Of a stretch of DNA of 64,000 nt, positions 58,295 through 64,000 are shown in pieces (within the stretch, counting starts at the first letter, position 1; every line of letters starts with the position of its first letter). A program made the position numbers and the translations under genes. This DNA comes from Hormoscilla sp. (GTDB lineage Bacteria; Cyanobacteriota; Cyanobacteriia; Cyanobacteriales; Desertifilaceae): the NCBI GenBank assembly GCA_051439505.1, contig JBFRWI010000217.1:14154-78153 (forward strand). The letters run 5' to 3'. The notes below the pieces were generated by a model that made no database searches, was not told where the DNA came from, and saw only the letters and a list, made by a program, of their open reading frames with translations.

Positions 58295-58462
58295 TTGCTC
58301 TCTCCTGCTAGTTGATTTTCCTAACTCTAATATAATGTAGTTAGCCCAGTAGGTGGGCGGTGCCCACCCTACGGGGTGTGGTCGATTCCTGTGTCATGGT
58401 TTTTCCCTCTCGCTGCATCGGATATTTATATTATAGGATATTTAGGGGTGCGATCGCCCAAA

Positions 58463-58984
58463 TTATCCTCTATTTTCCAACTCCCAGTCTTCACCGGATG
58501 GCAACTGAATTAACTGCGCGTCCATCATCTCTTCTAACTCTCTTGCTGAAGAATTATATGTCAGAGATAATAGCTTAGTGGCAGTCAATATTAGCTGCGA
58601 TCTATCCACCATTTCTGAGAGTTGAGAACGACTAATCCTGAGATTCATCACTTCCCGACTGGCATCACTAATTGCTGCTTCCAGTTCCTCTAACAGCATG
58701 GGCTCCCATTCATCTGGTTTAATGTAATAGGAGGTTTTATTGTCTTTGAGATTCAGCTTTTTGATCGATCGGATCGAAGCAGTAATTGCAGCCACCCAAG
58801 AATTGGTTAAGCGCTGTTCAACTTGGTTTTTAATCAAATGAATCAGCAACCTGAGCAAAAATGATTCAATGTTACGCAGAATTGCCTGTTTACTCATGGC
58901 TTCTAGTTCGTCCACAATTAGTAAAGCATCGGCATATCGTTCTTCTAAGATGCTTGTTCTCAGGTCGATTAGTTCCCGTGTCAT
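58463..58984 (-). CDS. DUF29-like protein (paralogue of 57099..57617)
   Basis: MTRELIDLRTSILEERY and HLIKNQVEQRLTNSW. The longer predicted N-terminus runs through a MITE. Confidence 0.75.
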   Translation of the reverse strand: MTRELIDLRTSILEERYADALLIVDELEAMSKQAILRNIESFLLRLLIHLIKNQVEQRLTNSWVAAITASIRSIKKLNLKDNKTSYYIKPDEWEPMLLEELEAAISDASREVMNLRISRSQLSEMVDRSQLILTATKLLSLTYNSSARELEEMMDAQLIQLPSGEDWELENRG

Positions 58985-59032
58985 AGTTTCAGCAATTACT
59001 CTCATATCCCTAATTGTAACGCGGTGACTGTC

Positions 59033-59149
59033 GGGTGCATCCGGTGTTTTGCAATATAGCCCGCGCAGGCGGGCTTTGTATCTGTAGCTGGACCCTTTAG
59101 GGTACCGTTCCGGAAAAATCGGGCGGCAACGCAAATATGAGATGCACCC
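59033..59149. mobile_element. MITE with GGGTGCATC ends
   Basis: 9-bp TIRs, flanks GTGACTGTC/ATGAGTGTC (7/9), and an internal AGCCCGCGCAGG...GACCCTTTAGGG core shared with 38156, 39213 and about 60044. Confidence 0.7.
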
Positions 59150-59191
59150 ATGAGTGTCTTCGATCGACAGCCCGCGACCGAAACTCACTAA

Positions 59192-59683
59192 CTACTCCTC
59201 CCCAGCTTCTTGTTTCAGCAGACTTACCACTTCATCTGATATCCATAAACCTGCATCGCGTACCAATTCAATACAAGAGGATACTGAAGAAATAAGTCCT
59301 CGTCGTTTTGCCAATACCAACATTCCGCCAGTGCCAAGAGTACCCATTCCCAAGATCCGAGAGCATCGCCGAGCAGCGGCATCATCGACCATTACTCGAT
59401 AGCCATAATTTTCCCAGGCGAAGGTCAAAACTTCTGACTCTCCTAAACCCAAGCTCCAAGCTGCAATTACAGTAGAAATAGCCGAAACTTCAATGACCCT
59501 AACCCAAGATGTAAGGGGTAGCTGTTGAGATGCGACATCTGTTGTGCTACCAGATACCACTTCATCCCAAACTGCTCTTGGCACAATAATCTCGCTAAAC
59601 AGTTGCGGTAATAAGTCGGCAAGTTTGCTATTAAACAGAATAATCAAAGGCGAAGCATCAATTACAATTCTTTCAATCCGCAT
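59192..59683 (-). CDS. DUF3368 PIN-like protein
   Basis: IDASPLI, LGLGESE, VDDAAAR and GTGGML. Confidence 0.85.
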   Translation of the reverse strand: MRIERIVIDASPLIILFNSKLADLLPQLFSEIIVPRAVWDEVVSGSTTDVASQQLPLTSWVRVIEVSAISTVIAAWSLGLGESEVLTFAWENYGYRVMVDDAAARRCSRILGMGTLGTGGMLVLAKRRGLISSVSSCIELVRDAGLWISDEVVSLLKQEAGEE

Positions 59684-59930
59684 CTGCCAGTTCCTCAGCT
59701 ATTTCGCCAGCTTTGTATTGCCAGACGGAAACTTTGTAGCGCGACAGAACCTTGATAAACTCTGACCTGGTTATACCCGCAATTTCAGCAGCCTGGTCTT
59801 GAGATATATTCTCCAATTCATACCATTTTACCGCCGCAGCTATGCGCATCTCTTGAATAAATTCATCTGGTTCTCGGCGCAGAGCCCCGAACACCGTTTC
59901 TGGAACTTGGAATGAGACAGTTTTCATCAA
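59673..59930 (-). CDS. UPF0175 family protein (antitoxin-like)
   Basis: AAAVKWYE...ISQDQAAEIAG..RSEF. Confidence 0.85.
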   Translation of the reverse strand: MMKTVSFQVPETVFGALRREPDEFIQEMRIAAAVKWYELENISQDQAAEIAGITRSEFIKVLSRYKVSVWQYKAGEIAEELADAD

Positions 59931-60195
59931 TCAATCTCCCTGGATATGTATCCATAATATGATAACACAATTGCCTTCCCAAGCCCCCGCAGCAGGCGAT
60001 CGCCCCACCAGGCAAAGCTTAGAAGAACCTAACTCTACAACCAAAGCCCGCGCAGGCGGGCGCAAGTTCTTGTAGCCCGACCCTTTAGGGCGGGGATAAC
60101 GGTGGGGCGATCGGGGATAACGGGTGGGCATCGCAAACCTCTTCGACGCGAGTTCGGAGTTTGGAGTAGCGCTGCGCGCACTTGCGATCGCGGAG

Positions 60196-60429
60196 TTAGG
60201 GATCTCTAGTCAACGCAATCATCAGGGTTTGAGTCATTTTGCTGCTGACCTTATACCCCACCGATGTCAGCCGTTGCTTGAGGTCCTCACTCACCTTATT
60301 CATCACCACGGTTTGCTCGATATTCACCGCGGGATGATTTGTGAACGTTCCCTTCATCCAGGGATTGATCGCGTAATCCACATCGTAGTGGTCGGGTGTA
60401 CACATCAGAAAACTAATTCCGTCGCTCAT
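60196..60429 (-). pseudogene. Internally deleted amidinotransferase-domain gene (ArgZ/AgrE N-terminal domain)
   Basis: FLMCTPDHYDVDYAINPWM is fused to AVNIEQTVVMNKVSEDLKQRL..VG, two motifs normally far apart in that domain. Confidence 0.7.
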
Positions 60430-60691
60430 AATCTCTTACAATTGTATTTTGACTTCATGGGGCAGCACCCGATCGGGCAGTTGTTGCTACTCCAGTCCGG
60501 TGCTGCCCAGACTAATCTTTGATTATATCTGATATCTTGCAGCGTTCTCGATTATTCTCATGGCCCGCATTAGGTTTAAACCCCCTGCGTTACCAGGCGA
60601 CGCCAGGTAACTCGGTAGGAGTCGGTTTTCAACCGACTGAAAACATAACTATCTTCTGAGGATACTCACCATAGATAAGGCGATCGTTCAG

Positions 60692-60853
60692 ATCCTAATC
60701 CAAGCCATAATTGCGGCTAAAATAAGCCCCAAAGAGTTAGCGGCACTTACGGGTATTTCTGAAGTAACAATTAAGTAATATGAAGACCGCAACTATCAAA
60801 ATGCCAGCTTTCTAGATGTAATAGAAGTGGCAGAAGCGTTGGTAATTAAACTC
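60692..60853 (+). pseudogene. XRE/HigA-like HTH regulator remnant
   Basis: ILIQAIIAAKISPKELAALTGISEVTIK*YEDRNYQNASFLDVIEVAEAL, with an in-frame TAA at 60776. Confidence 0.65.
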
Positions 60854-60994
60854 CGATCGGGTGTTTTTGGATCAGATATAGATGATTTGATCGAGAGTAA
60901 ATTAGCACAGATAGGATATCAGCACTCTGGGCAATTAAACCATGATATAATCCAATGGCGATCGCCCCTAAATCATTAGTTGGAGAATAAGCAT

Positions 60995-61795
60995 ATGGAA
61001 CTCAAGGAACAAAACTGGCAGAACTTTTGCCAGCATCATTTGCAGGACTGGCATGGTCTGCGCACGCGCTATAGCTTTCGAGGAGAGGTAATAGACTCTT
61101 CAGTGGGAGTCAGAAGTTTTTGCGGAAATCAACAACAGACGCAAATCACTCAGACGAATACCTACTACCTAGATGAGACTGGTGGTAAAAAGTCGGAAAA
61201 AAGTTGGCAGATAAACAAGGATTTGCATAATTTAGCCGATGGATTATTTCATCCAGCAACCTCAACGATGCGGGGGTTTTTCTTTCCCCAGGGGGCCGCA
61301 GCTTGGGTAACGACACAGTTGAAACTAGGATACTATTGTGTCATTGAGTTGTTTTTAATCCACGAACATTTACGTCTGAGTACGAACAGCTTTTACATGG
61401 GCAATGGTGAGTTTACCGGCACGATAATTGAGCGGGAAGATGCAGCAGGTTATCCGAACAAACGTAAAAATTGGTCTACTAAAAATGATTGCTTGTCAGA
61501 ACCGCCTTTTAGGGGTGCTTGGCAAGGCACCTCAGTAACCATGACTCCCGATCTACAGGTTTCCCCTGCTGTTAAGGTAGAGAAATTTAATTGGGGATAT
61601 GAAGGAAATGAATCTTTCTTTTTCCCCGATCGCATTTCTGTTAGCTGTCCCGATCGCGTGAGCGTTGGTACTAGCTTTACCATCGTAACTGCTTGGTTAG
61701 TGACCTCCGAGCAGATGCAACAGTTGATCGTTAAGTATGACAGGCAAGGAACTTTTCAGAGCGTGACCCTGGAACAATTGCATGCGAGCGGGTGA
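60995..61795 (+). CDS. DUF3598-like beta-barrel protein
   Basis: NWQNF...DWHG..TRY, ELF, WQGTS..MTPDL and PDRISVSCP. Confidence 0.7.
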   Translation: MELKEQNWQNFCQHHLQDWHGLRTRYSFRGEVIDSSVGVRSFCGNQQQTQITQTNTYYLDETGGKKSEKSWQINKDLHNLADGLFHPATSTMRGFFFPQGAAAWVTTQLKLGYYCVIELFLIHEHLRLSTNSFYMGNGEFTGTIIEREDAAGYPNKRKNWSTKNDCLSEPPFRGAWQGTSVTMTPDLQVSPAVKVEKFNWGYEGNESFFFPDRISVSCPDRVSVGTSFTIVTAWLVTSEQMQQLIVKYDRQGTFQSVTLEQLHASG

Positions 61796-61796
61796 G

Positions 61797-61843
61797 GAGG
61801 ACTAAAGTACTCACTACAAACGGAGGACTTTAGTCCTTACTAC
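61797..61843 (-). repeat. Two GTAG-type REPs (GTAGTRAG.ACTWWAGTCCT)
   Basis: Hairpins ending in CTAC between convergent genes; same architecture as the 24521/24572 family. Confidence 0.7.
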
Positions 61844-61858
61844 AAACGGACTGCCAAA

Positions 61859-62842
61859 TTACTTGCGTTCCACCGATGCAATCAGAGGATTAGCAGGCTC
61901 CAGCAGTTCGTTAAATGTGCTCAAGGCAGTGGGCTGCTGGCGCACGTGAGCATCGATAAATAGACTAATTGTTTCCGCCATTAAAGAACGAATTTCCTCC
62001 TCGGGTTGGGTTGCCGGAAAATCTAAAAACGGCCTGCCCGTGGTGGCATCGAAGGGATAAGCTACAGAAAAGTGATTTGCCCCCTCTAGCAGCACCAGAT
62101 AGCTGTCATTTCGTCCGCCAGTCATCCCTTCTTGGAAAGTCCGGACTGTTGGCGTTGTCGGTTCTTCCCAAACTACTCCATAGCGATGGCTGCTATTAGC
62201 AATGACTCCATCGCAAGTTCCCCCCATCAATAACAATGGTAACGAGTCTGGCAGGGGCAAAATAGTCCCAGGTTCGTATCCCATCATCGTACCAGCAGCC
62301 GTGTGGGCAGCGTAGGCAAAAGCAGCAGCGACTTGAGGAAAAAAACGGCGATCGCAGTTTTCAATAGCTACCCGGCCACCAGCAGAATGCCCGCCTAAGA
62401 TAATTCGTTCTAGATCGAGCATACCCGCGAGGATGCCCTCAGATTGCAACCGTTCCAACTCTGATAACAGCGTTGGCAGGGCGGAGGCCGTAGGACCAGT
62501 GCCGTAAGTATTGGGGGCTAACATGGCGAAATCGACTCCTGGAGTGATGGCTACCAGGCCGGGAATATTTTCTGCTACCCAGGAGAATGTTACCACTACT
62601 ATTCCCCGTTCGGCTAGCTTAACTGCTAGCCATTGATATATTTCTATACCGCAGTTAACGCCGTTGAAGAAGATTACCACTGGAAACGGTGCTTGTTGGG
62701 AATTTACAGGCACAATGCCTAAATTTCGCTCTGCTTCGCTATCTGACATTTGGGCGGGATAGAAAATTTTCAGGTGAATGGTGTCGTAGGGCGGTTTGGC
62801 GCTCTCGACTTTTGTTGCTCGGAAAAATGCGCGAACGTTCAT
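61859..62842 (-). CDS. Alpha/beta hydrolase (chlorophyllase/dienelactone hydrolase-like)
   Basis: GGHSAGG nucleophile elbow, GTCDG and GANHF. Confidence 0.85.
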   Translation of the reverse strand: MNVRAFFRATKVESAKPPYDTIHLKIFYPAQMSDSEAERNLGIVPVNSQQAPFPVVIFFNGVNCGIEIYQWLAVKLAERGIVVVTFSWVAENIPGLVAITPGVDFAMLAPNTYGTGPTASALPTLLSELERLQSEGILAGMLDLERIILGGHSAGGRVAIENCDRRFFPQVAAAFAYAAHTAAGTMMGYEPGTILPLPDSLPLLLMGGTCDGVIANSSHRYGVVWEEPTTPTVRTFQEGMTGGRNDSYLVLLEGANHFSVAYPFDATTGRPFLDFPATQPEEEIRSLMAETISLFIDAHVRQQPTALSTFNELLEPANPLIASVERK

Positions 62843-62864
62843 GTTACTCTTCTTTGATTTGCTT

Positions 62865-64000
62865 CTATTTTACTATAGCACGAGAGGCGATTTTCTGATT
62901 GGAGGCTTTCACCTTAGCCACCCACCCGCTATAAATTTTCAGAATTTCAGCAAAAGGTACCGTGCTGCTTCCTATTAAGTCCCGTAGAGAAGGTGCTACC
63001 AATTTTGGAAACCAACGGCTGGCAATTTTTGCCCAACGTTCCCGGAGGATAAATTCGACAAAAAGAACCTTAGAAAATGGAGCAATATTACCATCTATCT
63101 CCCATAAAGCATGAGCATCTGGTACGCGATTTTCGGTAAATTTTGCTAAAGCTATTTCCCAGCTTTCCTCCCATTCATCTAAAAGGCTAGCGAAAATATG
63201 AGCATCTTCCAAGGCAGAATTGCAGCCTTGTCCAGTGCTCGAAGAAACCGCGTGAGCTGCATCGCCAATTAACAACACCCTGTCACTATGATGATAGCGA
63301 CTGCAACGAACTCTCATTTGGGTAGAAATCGGTCGCTTCATAAAATTTTCTGCTTCTGCATCCGATAAGAGAAGGCTGACTTCCCGAAGGTATTGCCGAA
63401 AGAACTCTTTCACCTGAGCTACGGATGCAAAATTAAGCATATCTTGTCTGGTTCTGGGAACAAAGACAACACCAATATACCCACCGCTTATTTGGGGACT
63501 GGCTGTAAAATTAATTCCTTCGGAGGCTCGCAAAACATGGAAAGCTAAGGGCTGTATATCGCCCCCTGTTTTCTCGTTTTTACTCGGTAAAAATAGAGTT
63601 TTATAGCAACTGTACCACGCAGTTTGCTCGAAGTCGAAAAATGGAGTTTTCAGGAATTGGTTCCTGACGCTCGAACGGGCTCCATCGGCTCCTACTAGGC
63701 GATCGTAGGGTACCAGTAAAGGTTTGAGTTCGGCTTTTGCATCTGGGGAAACTGACTCGAACAGGATGGTTTGGCGATCGAGATCTACGCCAATACATTT
63801 GCAGTTGAAATGCAGTTTCAACCGATCGCCACCTGCTGCCATTGCTACCAAGGAGGATAACAGCGTCTTCACTAGGCTAATGCGGTTTGTATGAAATATC
63901 GGTTGTTTTCTGGGAACCAACTGAGTTTTGCCATCAACTGTGTGGAAAGCAGTCATCCAGTTTTCCACGCATCCTGCTTTCACAGCATCTTCGAGTCCGT
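62865..64000 (-). CDS. FAD-dependent monooxygenase (kynurenine 3-monooxygenase-like), 5' end outside the window
   Basis: VGADGARSSVR and LIGDAAH...GQGCNSALED. Confidence 0.85.
   Translation of the reverse strand, partial: GLEDAVKAGCVENWMTAFHTVDGKTQLVPRKQPIFHTNRISLVKTLLSSLVAMAAGGDRLKLHFNCKCIGVDLDRQTILFESVSPDAKAELKPLLVPYDRLVGADGARSSVRNQFLKTPFFDFEQTAWYSCYKTLFLPSKNEKTGGDIQPLAFHVLRASEGINFTASPQISGGYIGVVFVPRTRQDMLNFASVAQVKEFFRQYLREVSLLLSDAEAENFMKRPISTQMRVRCSRYHHSDRVLLIGDAAHAVSSSTGQGCNSALEDAHIFASLLDEWEESWEIALAKFTENRVPDAHALWEIDGNIAPFSKVLFVEFILRERWAKIASRWFPKLVAPSLRDLIGSSTVPFAEILKIYSGWVAKVKASNQKIASRAIVK

Overview
This is 64 kb of chromosomal DNA from a cyanobacterium. HIP1 octamers (GCGATCGC) are dense, and heptamer STRR repeats, SigE, XisH/XisI, DUF29 genes and a cyanobacteriochrome are present; the repeat content suggests a filamentous Oscillatoriales-type strain (inference). 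Positions 3.3-25.7 kb hold a co-oriented Wzx/Wzy-dependent surface-polysaccharide cluster. It contains six GT4 glycosyltransferases (one split at an A8 tract), a GT47/exostosin-like enzyme, four intact SAM methyltransferases plus remnants, an AsnB-type amidotransferase, WecA, a nucleotide-sugar dehydrogenase and an epimerase, with an MNT-HEPN toxin-antitoxin pair inserted inside. The rest mixes housekeeping genes (priA, sigE, argD, a K+ channel, a DXCF cyanobacteriochrome kinase, a P-type ATPase, tRNA-Leu) with many toxin-antitoxin-like modules, several decayed on the toxin side. Non-autonomous repeats are abundant: GTAG-type REPs, GGGTG-ended and AATAC-ended MITEs with target duplications, and a 21-bp VNTR. 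The best candidates for something new are an intact ABC-ATPase + TOPRIM-like gene pair (possible defence system), paired intact/degenerate YdjM-like hydrolases, a catalytically degenerate XisH with two XisI, an orphan HLR1-like promoter, and a truncated Roco LRR gene bracketed by inverted MITEs. No CRISPR array, transposase, integrase or reverse transcriptase was seen. Family assignments come from motif recognition by eye, not from database searches.
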